NCBI RefSeq assembly: GCF_027921745.1
Contig: NC_079238.1
Location: 2,480,001 to 2,544,000, forward strand
Direction: 5' to 3'
Length of the DNA: 64,000 nucleotides
Source of the DNA: Schizosaccharomyces osmophilus
Taxonomy: Eukaryota
This document shows, in pieces, positions 1 to 13,962 of the stretch (the stretch's first letter is position 1; each line of letters starts with the position of its first letter). The position numbers were made by a program, and so were the translations under genes. The notes below the pieces were generated by a model that saw only the letters and a list, made by a program, of their open reading frames with translations, was not told the origin of the DNA and ran no database searches.

Positions 1-495
1 GCTACATTGTCACGCCGATTCTTTTCTTTTCGTCTCACCCTCCAAGTTTCAAAGAGGATAGCTCCGCCGGCAACAGTACTAAAAACAAATGTCAGAACCC
101 TTTGAAAAGCTTTTGTGAAGATAATTATGTAGCATGGGATATATATTCATATATCGCTGAGAGACCTTCTTACTTACAACACAAAAGTTTCAGAAAGAAA
201 ATTTGCACCTGCATCCACCGCTTTCGCATCATTTAATGGACGAACACGAACATTTGTATGACCGCTGCGGGCGCGATTGGCTCCCATAATTTTGAATTCA
301 GCTCGATGCATTATTTGTGCGAAATCGATACAAACCTAGTATGAGTCAGACTTCAACATTGTCTTAGTATACACTGAAGAATCGTACCTTTCGGAATGTC
401 TTATGTTCTTTTGCTTGTGCTTTTATCGTATTTGCTATAGGTTTTGACAGCGTTCGAACTAGTAAACTTCCGATTTTGAGAGCTAATGAAGACAT
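1..495 (-). CDS. OPA3-family mitochondrial protein, spliced, 3' end beyond window edge
   Basis: Manual translation: MSSLALKIGSLLVRTLSKPIANTIKAQAKEHKTFRK | VCIDFAQIMHRAEF...RPLNDAKAVDAGANFLSETFV, with GT..AG introns. This is an OPA3 signature. Absent from the ORF track. Confidence 0.85.
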
Positions 496-1388
496 TTTAA
501 AGGATTTCTATTTTTTTTTCCAATTCGTAGAATTAAAAATTAATAGGTTGCGAATAATAGGTAGAAAAGGTATAGAGATGAAACCTATAATTACTAAAAA
601 GGCTGTAAGGGTGTATGAAATGCGAATAAATTCCCTGTAGAAAAAGGAAATATTCAATTTAATCCAAGATAAAAGAAGGCTAGCTGATTCACCATGGAAT
701 TGAGAAGCTCGCAAGTGGTATAAAGATTTTTGAAAATGATGGAGGGTGGACGTGTGGATTTTAGACCCTTGGCGTAGAACTATGAGCGGAAATCCAGTAA
801 CTGACATCTTGCATTTTTCCAAGCATAATACGTTATACACGAATAAATCTTGATAAAAAAATTGCTTAGCCTTGCTACAAATACCTTGATGGCCGAGATG
901 CTTGCTGCTAAAGGGACGACAGCAAGAAACTTTGGACATGCGGCCAAGGCTTGGTTGGTAGGCTTATGAAAGGCATGAGAAATCTTCTTAACCTACAAAT
1001 ATATTCTAGTCAACAGTGCCGTTCCTGTTCATTGGTACAAAGGGAGAAATAACTATAAGAGGTTTACTAGTACATATATAAAGTTTAGCATTGTAGAATT
1101 TAAGAAACGAAATACTTCCAATTATTAGGAAAAAAGCAAGCTGCTAGTCGTAAACACAATTGTTGATACCTTAACTAAGGTAGTTGCTGAAGTGAGAAAC
1201 ACTATTGAATCCGTCAAGGATTAAGACCAAAAGACAATTCAAATATGAATCTCAAGAAGCTTATATTTAAGGAAAGTGTTGCCAATGAACAGATAGATCT
1301 TCCAATGAGTATCATAAATACAAATAGAACATATAAACACGCGAGAGAAGGAGGGGTCAATTAATACGTATCTTACACGCTTTATACA

Positions 1389-2337
<949 letters not shown>

Positions 2338-2666
2338 CTTAATTGTACTGTTGTGTAGACGGTCTGAAACCAGTGCCTTCTTAGCATACAAAGGATGAAT
2401 AGCTATTAACGAGCTGCAAAAGCTTACATAATATAGTTTTATGATTCCCTTAAATTGCTTTAGTGTATATTTTTCTACTTGGAACCACCGCTGTAATTTC
2501 CTTTAAAGCATTACAGGGAAACCTGAGAATAGCTCGCAATTCCAAACTGCTGCTGTATAATGACTATTGCTTTTTGTACATGTATAACAGGTCTTCAGTG
2601 CTAAAATACTTTTAAAACAGTATTTCTCTTTGTAAGAAGTGTGTCTTTCTTGCAGGCTTAAAAGAC

Positions 2667-3693
2667 ATGGGGAAAAGTAGGGCAGAACCCGCTTACTACG
2701 CGGTGGCTCGTGGACGTAAAACTGGAATTTTCAACTCATGGTAAGGTATTTAGAGGATTCAACCGTCTAGAATAAAGATTTTGTGGCATATCTTCTTTTT
2801 CCATTCCTTATCTGGATTACTTCTTATGTTGAGAACGTACTCTTGATGGACATGTCTTATATTTGCTTGTTGGTCCAAATTTTTCTCTCTTAGCTGAGCC
2901 TTGAATCGTTTAATAGTAATACTAATTGAATAGGAGTGATACCGTTCCCAATGTTTCTGGATATGCCAACAGTCGTTACAAAAAGTTTAAAACATACGAC
3001 GAAGCCAAAGCATTTTGTGAATCAGGAGGTAACTATAGCGGCCCATCCAATTCTTCTTTGACCCAATCGTCACATTCTAAGTCTAGCAAGAGCCCAGCCT
3101 TGTATGCTCCTTATTCTTATAATCAAAAGTCTTCTTCTCTCACTAGAAGCGGCGCATCCTCAAAGAACGAATCTTCTACCAAATGTCTTTCTTTGGAAAA
3201 TCCATCTTCTCGTCCAAATATTTCTGTTCCTGCTATCTATCACAAACGAGCAGGCGTCTCCAATCCTGAAATCGTTTACACTGATGGATCGAGTTTAGGA
3301 AACGGAAAACATGGTGCTGCCGCTGGCTATGGTGTATACTTTGGACCCGGAGACCCAAGGAATCATTCTGAACGACTTCTCGCAGGTGAGCAAACAAACA
3401 ATCGAGCGGAGCTTCAAGCCATCATCCATGCTCTAGAAAATACGAGCGGCGACGTTATTATCCGTGCAGATAGCAAGTACTCCATCCAGGCTTTAACTGT
3501 ATGGAACCAAAAGTGGAAAAAAACAAATTATATGACTAGTTCTTCTACACCAGTGAAGAATGTTGACTTAATTACTCGGGCTACGCATCTTATGGAAGAC
3601 AGGAATGTTAAGTTAGAGTATGTAGAAGGCCATAGCAGTGACTATGGAAATCAGCAGGCTGATCTTCTAGCTCGAAGGGCTGCTGCTTTATGA
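2667..3693 (+). CDS. rnh1: Ribonuclease H1, 2 exons
   Basis: Exon 1 YYAVARGRKTGIFNSW (hybrid-binding domain); exon 2 VYTDGS, TNNRAEL and GNQQADLLA RNase H motifs. Confidence 0.95.
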
Positions 3694-4559
3694 GCTTGGA
3701 TTTACGATTTCACGTCCACTTATTTGACAATATGCTTAGGTCCGCTTTACAATCGACGTTTCGTTCGTACATAATTTAATGAAAGAACTAGGTACTTACT
3801 TGAAATCCCATTAAGCGAAAAGGCTTCCTATTGAAGTATAATATAGTAAAATTATACTTGATTTTGTTTCGCTCTGCCATTATTATATCCTTTACCAACC
3901 CCTATTTACCACATAGTGATATTGGCTTTTGTCGAGACATGCAAATGCAAGCAATAAGCATGAGTTTATTTGTGCTGTCTTTAATCATTGACAATAGCAG
4001 CAACCTATCAGCAAGCAATATGCATACTCTTTATGGATGAGAGAAACAAGAGCGCAATACTAAGATATTAAAATTCATGACCCAAAAAGAACAAATACTT
4101 AGAGTCCATAAAGGCAGGGTTTACCTGGGTTACATGTACTAATGTAAGAGCGGGTTTTTCTATGACTTATTTGAGTTGTTATTGAATTAAAGTGAATTGT
4201 CTTTTGTTAAGATTTGGCATATAGAGGTTGGGTATGTCAAGTGTTCAAGTACTCTTGTCTTGCTTTGAGAATTTGGGAATGCTTGTACAACTGTCTGATG
4301 AAATGCCGAGTTTTACTCTGTTCAGAAACCCAAATATTTGACTATGTATTCAATTCAAGCTTGAATTTACAAGTAGTTTTTTCAAACTTTTAGCAGCCTT
4401 GCCTTTTCTTTACATTACTTTAATATACACAACTAATCGATTGCACTCAACCAAAATGTAAAACTAATTTCATTCCCGTTTATTTATTATATCTCTAAAG
4501 AAAGAATAGCAATTTATTATCACAACCGAGACATTATTAGTAGAAATAAATAACATTAT

Positions 4560-7500
4560 TTACCAAGACATCTCATCAAACCGCTGAAGTACATCCACTG
4601 ATTGTTTAAGCTTTTTGTATTCGGCAATTCTCATGTAGAAAATAGGGCAATCTCTACTTGAACAAATAACGTCTTGGTGCATGCTGCCTTGACACCTTTG
4701 GCACTGCGTCCATAATCTAGCAAACCTAATCTCTAAGTCATTAACCTGCCCAACCTGGAGTTGGTACAGTTCAGCGGATCGATCCAGACAGTTGTCGCAT
4801 AATGCTGCTTTACCCTTTTTGATTGGAGCTTTACACCCTAAACATGTTTCAACTTTAACAGCGAACTTCATGATTCCACCAACGCTAGGTGCTGCAACTG
4901 AAATGGTTCTAGTATGATCTCCATGAAGCAAAGAACTAGCCTTTTCTCCCAGAATAGGCTCAAAGATACGAAGTAGAGGTTTTGAAAGTTGATTTTCTAG
5001 ATAATACTTGGCATCAATTGGAATGTTGTTTTCCAATACATATATTGGATCTTCAGAGCGCATGTAAAACTGGTCGCCCCGTGCACCTTTAATTATAACG
5101 TAGGCAACACGATCACCAATCGCAGGTGCTGAACCCGCGTCTCTTTTACGCATACGCTCAGCCAGTTCAACATGAGCTTGTTTAGCAGCGTAATCCGTCT
5201 TTGAAAGAGCTTTTGTAATTACAAGCTGTGACATATCAACTTTATTCTGAAGGAGGTCAGATATAACGCTTTTCGTAAATTCTTGAGCTCCCTCAACGTC
5301 TTGGTCAATCAACATTTTTCGCAAAGCTGTATCAATCACATATGAAACCAAAGGACAGTTATCACGACGGACAGTTTCAATACCTTTGGAATCCATCTTA
5401 TCAAATGTATCTGTGCGAGTCCAAAATAAGCCTGCATACCTCTTTTTGGAAATTAAAAGATAAGGGAAATATACCTTCTCAAATTCCAACTTTATAGGGT
5501 CAATAAAATGAGTAGAAACGTAATTAGCTGCTTCTTCTCCGAGTTTCATAGCTTCGGGTAATGTTTTAACGCCAAACTTAACCATAACGGAGTCTGTGTC
5601 TCCGTAAATAACTACAGCATCATGTGAATAGCCGTTCTGCATACGGAAATGATCTTCAACAACCTCTTTGGTTTTTTCTATCATTTGACGACCATAAGAT
5701 GTAACTGATGAGGAAATTGCCAGGCAAGGAAGTCGACCGTTAGTAGCACCAGTAAAACCATAGACGGAATTTGCACTAACCTTCAAAGCCAATTGACGGC
5801 CATCCAGAACAGCCTTTTTAAAAGGATCCTTTTCATTTTTTAAGTCCCCTTTTGCTCTCTTACGAGCGTTTAACAAATCTGCCAAAATGATCGGCAGTAA
5901 ACCCTTACGGACCTGAGGTTTTACAAAATAATCTCCATTAGGAGTAATTGAATAGTCCTCGTTTGGTTTTAAATTATGGGACTTGGCAGTGTTAGGATCT
6001 AATAATGTACTATAGCAAAGATTATGAGCCTGCATAATGGAGGGGTATAGAGAGCTAAAATCCAAAGTAGCGATTGGTGTATCATAGTATCCCTTTGTGG
6101 GTTCAATGACAGTGGCACCTTCATATTGCTCATCTGTTCCATTGACTTTTATATTGGGAACCACAAGGTCATGCTGAAGTGCTTTGCGGAACAATTGTGA
6201 AATAACCTTGACTTGTTGACCGCGAGACAATAGATAATTAAATGGCACACCAGTGACTCTTGCCATTTCTGTGTAATTAACGAAGCACATTAACTTGTCC
6301 ATAAGTCGTTGGGGTAAATATGCATCCTTCAAGCAATAGATGGCTAAACGTCGTCTGGAATCTGCGGTACCGTTATGTAAATCTGTAATAATAGAATGGT
6401 GTACATCTTCTTTCTGTTCTCCTAAAAACTGTGCGCAAACAGCATTCAAAGAATATGATCGTAACTTGAAGTCACGCTGCATGACTTGAAGCAAATCGAG
6501 TTGAAGTCGCCCGGGAATTTGAATGGACTTACTTTCACGGGTACCGTAAGCTTTGCTCGAGAAAGTGGTATCTTTGGCAATAGTATAGTAATTTTTTATA
6601 CGGCCAAGTAAAGGAAAGTCATGGACACGTAAAACCTTGGCACGGTCAAGTAGATAAGGGAAATCGAAATTGCTAATATTGTAACCAATCATTACATCTG
6701 GATCAACCTCGCGAACAAATTTTGCCCAAGCTGAAAGCATCTCTGATTGACTTTGATACTCAAAGACATGGGTACCTACAATTTGAGAGCAAGTATCAAC
6801 ACAAAACACGTTTCGAACGAACGGATCTTTATCACCATATTGTGTAACGATGTTGGCGATTTGGATTACCGGGTCTATAGACGAGTCAGGGAAAATACCT
6901 TTACGGCCAGCGCACTCAATATCAAAACTCAGAATACGAAGAGGAGCCATCTTTAACCATTCACCTTCTGCAGGAAGACTTATTAAGTCTTTATAATGGA
7001 TCCAGGCTTCAACTTGACAGTCCGAAACACAGTTTTGATATCGAAATTGGTATTTTCCAGCTGGTAATTGAAGCCAGCTCATACCGGCCACATCACAATC
7101 AATCATAAAACGCATAAGATATTGTGTGTTACTTTCAAATGTTATTACGGAGGTAGGAAATAGTCCTTCATAATTCATTTCGTTTCGTTCAAACACATTT
7201 CGAGCACGAGATACCAACCGAGGATCTGTTATGTAAATCTTAATGAAAGGCGATTTTTCATTTCCTTGAAAACCGTAAAGATTTTCTTTCATTTCAATGG
7301 TGCAATGGTCAATTACACCTCCATTGCACACTGCATCTAATTCTTGAGAAAAATGTTCAATCATTTCAGCCCGGAATCCTACGGGCGCCTTTATATAGAA
7401 GTATGGAAGAAATCCAGTTACATGCGTTAAAATACTATTACCATGATCAGTTACACCAAACAAACGGATAGAAGGAACAGGTCCTTCGGTAAATTCTTCA

Positions 7501-7886
7501 CAATCGATTTGCTGAAAAAATATATCATCCTTTTCAGTATTCAGAGGCGACAGAGCAGGACGTTGCCATTTCTGATCTTTCGTGGCTAATTGTGTTAGTA
7601 ATTCATTATACAACTTTCAGCTACTCTTTCATGTTAATCTTCTGCTTATTCTGGACTAACCTTTTTCAGCATCTTGATCCAACTCAATTGCGTATTCACT
7701 CAACTCATTAAGAAACGTCGACGACTTTTCTTTAGATTTTATTTCAATTAAATCGTCCGTCGATTCTGTTCGGCGTCTCTTTGGTTCTACCAAGTCACCA
7801 TTCTTCGATGGTGTTTTACCATTTTGCTTTCCCATCAGATAGTTCTCCTTATTAGACATCTCACTGTCATCTATTCTATTTGTCAT
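4560..7886 (-). CDS. cdc6: DNA polymerase delta catalytic subunit, intron ~7621-7660
   Basis: DFSSLYPSI and YGDTDS family-B motifs, exonuclease FDIEC, C-terminal CysA/CysB (pol3 ortholog). Confidence 0.97.
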
Positions 7887-8621
7887 TCAGTCTTTAAACC
7901 GATTGTAATGACAAAAGTATAGGAAGGCAGGAAGACGGTTGATACTTAGCTTCCAAATTTATATGGCTCTCCTTTCAGTATAGTGTACTACTACTTCGTT
8001 ATTAGAGGTAAACAATTCGAGCAGTTACCAGACAAAGGATTGTTTGTGGCTAAGGCTAAATATATGTTTTTATTAGTTTTGATATTAGTACAAATTCTGA
8101 TTAGCTTTTCGTTGCAATCGTAAAATTTAGATAGTACAACTAACAATAGAACAGTATGAAGTACTTGCTACTATTTTCCTTTTAAATTACATTAGTAACT
8201 AATATACAAAATACGCACACTTGGCAGGTTGATTTCAAATAATGCCATAGACACAAGCTTGGACAGTAGTTGATTATTTTTATTTCATTCCCATTTATCT
8301 ATATAAACAAAACCCAAAAGGAAATTAAATAATGAACAAAACTAGTAAGGACGGAACATGGGCACAGAATAGCAAAAAAAAGGAGGAAAGGAAAAGGTGG
8401 AACAAGGGACGACGGAATTTACCACTATTTCTTTGTAAGCAAAGTAAATTCCAAAAGAAACGAAAAAGGAACACTGACGTCTAAAACGGTAACAATATCT
8501 TTTTGAAAAACTAAAAATGATGCATAAGCAACAACAAAGCAATTTAAGGTCTCCATAATGGTAAATTAGCAAAATCATTGAAGGAAACATTCTTCTAGCA
8601 AAGATTTCAACAAAGGAAGGT

Positions 8622-11510
8622 TTAAGAACCACGCGGTTCTATCGAAAGCGACTTATCAAAAAGATCAGATAGGTCTTGATTCACACATCGGCAATGCCGG
8701 CGAATGGTGTTTGTGAATCTTTCATTTTCAATGTAATTATAGAAAACGGATTGGTAATAACATATTTCATCAACGACACTACATATACGTTGTCGTTTGC
8801 TGAAGTTTATCAAGTGAGGAAATCCGTCAATAATTTCCGAGTTTCCTTCATCGATAAACGTAAGATCGCTCAGAAAAACGCCCAAAAAAGGGACGCAAGG
8901 GAGTTCAATCTGCTTAATCAAAGTTCGATAAGCGACGAAATTCTTCTTACTTTCGACTACTTCTTGTAACCCTTTTAACTTATTCATATCTTCCGCAGAG
9001 ACCAACTTGTACGCAGCACGCAAACGGTACACAGGAGCAGAGTTTAAAGCTGAAACAATGGCTATCAAAGTTGAGAAATTATGAATTGCTAAACATTCAT
9101 ATGCCACTTGGATGAAATAAGAAATTACAAAGACGCGTGCTTTTACGTTTCTCCTTTCGAGAATGCAATTAATTATCCAAAAGGTAAAACAATTTGAAAA
9201 ATTAATAGAATCTCGTATAGCACTGCAAGATCTATGGTCCAACCATCGCTTATTTATCCACTCGGAGGTAGGAATACTTTTGAAACAATCGAATTCAATG
9301 ATAGTCGCTTGAACTGCAAAGTCTTTTGGTGAGTAGGCAAAAACATTAAGAGTAGCAACTTGGTTAATTAGTTCTGGAACTTCCGATTCCTTCCATAGAT
9401 TATCAATTTCCTCAAGGATAACCGTTCCAATATGGAATGAAGGAATAACAAAATCACGAATAAACGTGTTCAACTCAGACAAGCATACTAAAACTCGTTT
9501 TGAATTCAAATCTTCCGCAAAGTATTTCTGTACCCATAAATTGATAACTGTACATATATTTTTCTTTTTAATCAAATCCTTCTTTTTCCAAATACGTAAC
9601 TTATCTTCGGTAATTCCGAGAGGAATTGTACTGTGAAACTTCATAATCAACAACGCGAGTAGCTCGTTTGCCGTCACAAAGCTTTTATAAGTCAACAGAA
9701 AAATATGCCGAAACTCCTTATCCATGTGCACATTAGCTATAAGATAATTTACAAGCGAAGACAGTGTCCCACCTCTTAGTTTGTTATCGTTATAAATCAA
9801 TGGCTCATCCGAAATGTCGTCTAAAAGAGTAGACAATCGTCGAGACCATCTCCATATAGTAAAACTTTCTCTGCTACTGCTACTAATGGCAGTGTAGTCA
9901 GAGGATCGTGAAATTTCAGAAGGACTATCGATATTTTGATATAATTCCAACACTTCAGGTTCATATGATTCGTCAACGAAAGAATTTTGAAAATTGTTGC
10001 ACAAAAAGTCAGCATTCTCACAATCAGCAAATGCTTGCCCTTTCACCAATGTAAACATGAGCTCAAATAACTGTTGAAAGTTCGAAGCAATGCTTGCTAT
10101 TCTCATAATAATAAATTGCTTATCAACGCTTTCAAGATTCAACTCTTGGAAAAAGCAAGTTACCTCACCAGTAAGATCATAGCAAATCTGTTTTTTGGTA
10201 AAAAAAGATCGTAATATATTTTCGTTAGAAGAATCCGTTATAGTGGATAAATTCCACTTCTCTATATAATTAAGAACCTCTTTGCACTGATTAATTATAG
10301 GATAACAAATATCATCGATAAGATCATCATCGACATTTGAAGTTTCGCCCTTAAGCTTTTCCATAGACTCAGAGCATATTTGAAATAGGAAGTATAAATA
10401 AGTGTCCAAACTACTAAGGGTAGCTGCACTCGAAAGAAAGCGAGTAGAATTAGCGGAGTTTAGTAATCCGTTACCAGACCAATTTCCGGCAGAAGGAATA
10501 CCTTCTATAAAAGCGATTGAATTGGTATAAAGTTGAAGATAAGAGCTGTTATTAGCACAGGTAATCATAAATGACTGAAGTATATAGAATAACTTTTCAG
10601 TACACGAACTGAGCATTGGAATCAGTGTTCCCCTCGTGAAATTTCCATTTTTTATATCAGCCAATAAAGCAAGACGGGATAGATGGGGAAACAGCCTTTC
10701 AAAAAAGACATAAATTGAACTTCCTGTTTCCGAACCCCCAGGTGCATACTGTAGTAAGAGATAGAAAATTCCGGTCGAATGGAATAGAGAAAACAGCTCG
10801 CGTTGGACAGAATGCACATAATAGGGCAAATGGTTTAATTCCCCACTTTTAAAGCTATAATTAATATGAGAAAATAAAAAAGAAATTCTTTCATATAGGG
10901 AATACAGATCTAATCCTTCGCTTTTGCGCAGTACTAAATCATTGGACAAAGGCAAGGAGTTCGGTGAGGATGAAGTGTCAACGTTGTATTGCTGAAACGA
11001 AGACGCGCTTGACATAGAGGTAGAGGGTCGGATTTTAGGTTGACTAGATGCTGAGGAATGTGGAAGCGTTGATACTGGATACGTATGGGATTTTTCACTT
11101 AAATCCATCGGTACACCAATATCGTCGAGGGGATAGAAACCCGACCCAGACTGAAACAAGTCCTTGTGTGGACTGCCCGATTCAGTTTTCGAAACTAAAT
11201 GAAAGTAATTACCACATTGGCTACGGTCATCGGAAGATGGAGTTGGAAGGGATGGAGAATTTAAAGAGCTATCCAACGAAGGGGAAGGGGATCCAAAGTC
11301 CTCGTTAGCAAATCCAGAGTTTCCTGTCACCGGAAAAGTGTCTGTACGAAAACCAGGAGAGGTATAGCCATAACTAGAGGAAGAAGGAGAGGCTGATGAC
11401 GAAAACGTTAAACTAACTGGAGTGTTCGGTTTGGAATTGCTTTGGTCATTGGAACCGAGCTGAAGAGGATTCTGTAATTTGAGCTTGACCTTTCTTAAAT
11501 TCTTCTTCAT
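8622..11510 (-). CDS. efc25: Ras guanine nucleotide exchange factor (Cdc25-like)
   Basis: REM domain plus CDC25 domain (PCVPFLGVFLSDLTFIDEGN, INFSKR); gene order. Confidence 0.88.
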   Translation of the reverse strand: MKKNLRKVKLKLQNPLQLGSNDQSNSKPNTPVSLTFSSSASPSSSSYGYTSPGFRTDTFPVTGNSGFANEDFGSPSPSLDSSLNSPSLPTPSSDDRSQCGNYFHLVSKTESGSPHKDLFQSGSGFYPLDDIGVPMDLSEKSHTYPVSTLPHSSASSQPKIRPSTSMSSASSFQQYNVDTSSSPNSLPLSNDLVLRKSEGLDLYSLYERISFLFSHINYSFKSGELNHLPYYVHSVQRELFSLFHSTGIFYLLLQYAPGGSETGSSIYVFFERLFPHLSRLALLADIKNGNFTRGTLIPMLSSCTEKLFYILQSFMITCANNSSYLQLYTNSIAFIEGIPSAGNWSGNGLLNSANSTRFLSSAATLSSLDTYLYFLFQICSESMEKLKGETSNVDDDLIDDICYPIINQCKEVLNYIEKWNLSTITDSSNENILRSFFTKKQICYDLTGEVTCFFQELNLESVDKQFIIMRIASIASNFQQLFELMFTLVKGQAFADCENADFLCNNFQNSFVDESYEPEVLELYQNIDSPSEISRSSDYTAISSSSRESFTIWRWSRRLSTLLDDISDEPLIYNDNKLRGGTLSSLVNYLIANVHMDKEFRHIFLLTYKSFVTANELLALLIMKFHSTIPLGITEDKLRIWKKKDLIKKKNICTVINLWVQKYFAEDLNSKRVLVCLSELNTFIRDFVIPSFHIGTVILEEIDNLWKESEVPELINQVATLNVFAYSPKDFAVQATIIEFDCFKSIPTSEWINKRWLDHRSCSAIRDSINFSNCFTFWIINCILERRNVKARVFVISYFIQVAYECLAIHNFSTLIAIVSALNSAPVYRLRAAYKLVSAEDMNKLKGLQEVVESKKNFVAYRTLIKQIELPCVPFLGVFLSDLTFIDEGNSEIIDGFPHLINFSKRQRICSVVDEICYYQSVFYNYIENERFTNTIRRHCRCVNQDLSDLFDKSLSIEPRGS

Positions 11511-12366
11511 TCTTAGAAGTTAAATAATATACAAAAAATCCAAAAAAAAAAAAAAAGAAAAAGTAGTAAAGAGTTAATTTTCTCAAGAAAAAAGATAGCA
11601 AACCAAAAAAAATAGAAAAAAAGAAAAAGACAATTGGGCAATTAAGGCATAATACAAAGATAAATAATATGTTGTCGTTCTCTATTGTTAAAAGAAAAAA
11701 GAACTAAACAGTAAAAAGAGTCAAACAGCTAGTGAAAAAATAAAAACGTAAACAGACAGTCGATTCACAGCGAACAGTCTAAAAAGATAGAATAAAGAGA
11801 AAAAAGAAGAAGATCAGCTGTTCATGTACTCTGATATTGAAGAGTGCAAACCATAAACCTGTGGTTCACAGTTCAGTTTGGCAAACTGTGGTGGTCGGTA
11901 GGAAAGTTCACTTGGGTGGAAAAAGTAGAGGAACAGCAGTACAAACCTATTACGTTTGAGGAAGTTTGATTTTTCTTTCTTTAAAATTATTTATGGAAAA
12001 TGGAATTAGTATTTATAGAAAAGGAAAATTTCAACAGAAGTTAGTGTTTGAAGGAAAAGAATACGAAATCAACAACTCCAACAACTCCATTAATTCAGCT
12101 GAGCTCATGTGGTAAAATACAAAATATTACCCGCGTGGACAATTAGTACGATGAATGGAAAGAAATCAACAATGAAAGGTTTTGAACGATGAACTAACCA
12201 ACTCGAGAAAATTCCCAAGATAGTAAAATAGATTATTTTTCTAGTAGACAGCACATTATTAGTCAAAAACTATGAATACTTTTTTAGCAACCTTCCGATC
12301 AAATTACCAATACCCTCAGATATCCTCAAAAACAAAAAATAACATAAATAGACGAATCCCCTGGGT

Positions 12367-13338
<972 letters not shown>

Positions 13339-13962
13339 TGTTCTAAGGATATCAAAATGAGTAGAGTATTATTAGAATTTTTGTTGGTCTTTTCTCTCGA
13401 ATAAGCCAACTGTACGCAATTCGCTATCTGTTTACCGAACGTTACCGAAATGCTATTTTTGAATATCGAGTTACATTTCTTCTCTTTATTTGAAAAGAGT
13501 CAAGTTTGTTTTCAATGCTCTATTCTTTAATGATGTATAAATGTTTGTTTATGAAAATGTAAATAAAAATGATAGATCTGTTTCCGGTTATGGAAATGAA
13601 TGAATTCATACATAGGAAATTTACGAAAATTTCTTTCAACCAATATGCTTACAATTCAACGATTTGAACAAGAACTAAGCAATGCTGATTTCATATGATA
13701 TTCCCAATTCAATTTATTTTTGAATCTTTCGTTTCTCTAAATCAGGATTAAGTTAAGCCGCAAACAACTTTATTATTATTTTTTATTTAGTCTATAAGTG
13801 CAGCATATGCTTGGCTGTTTTATGTTGCTACAAAAAAGCCATCATACATTTATTCGAATAAGCAGAAATCATCATTTACAAATTAAATACGTGATATATC
13901 TATATATATTTTCAACACTTTTGACACATAAACAAAGATGCTATTCACTAATAATGCCACAC

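Noticed and set aside
508..939. 143-aa ORF between ypt1 and the OPA3-like gene
   Set aside because: No recognisable motifs; AT-rich UTR-like composition.
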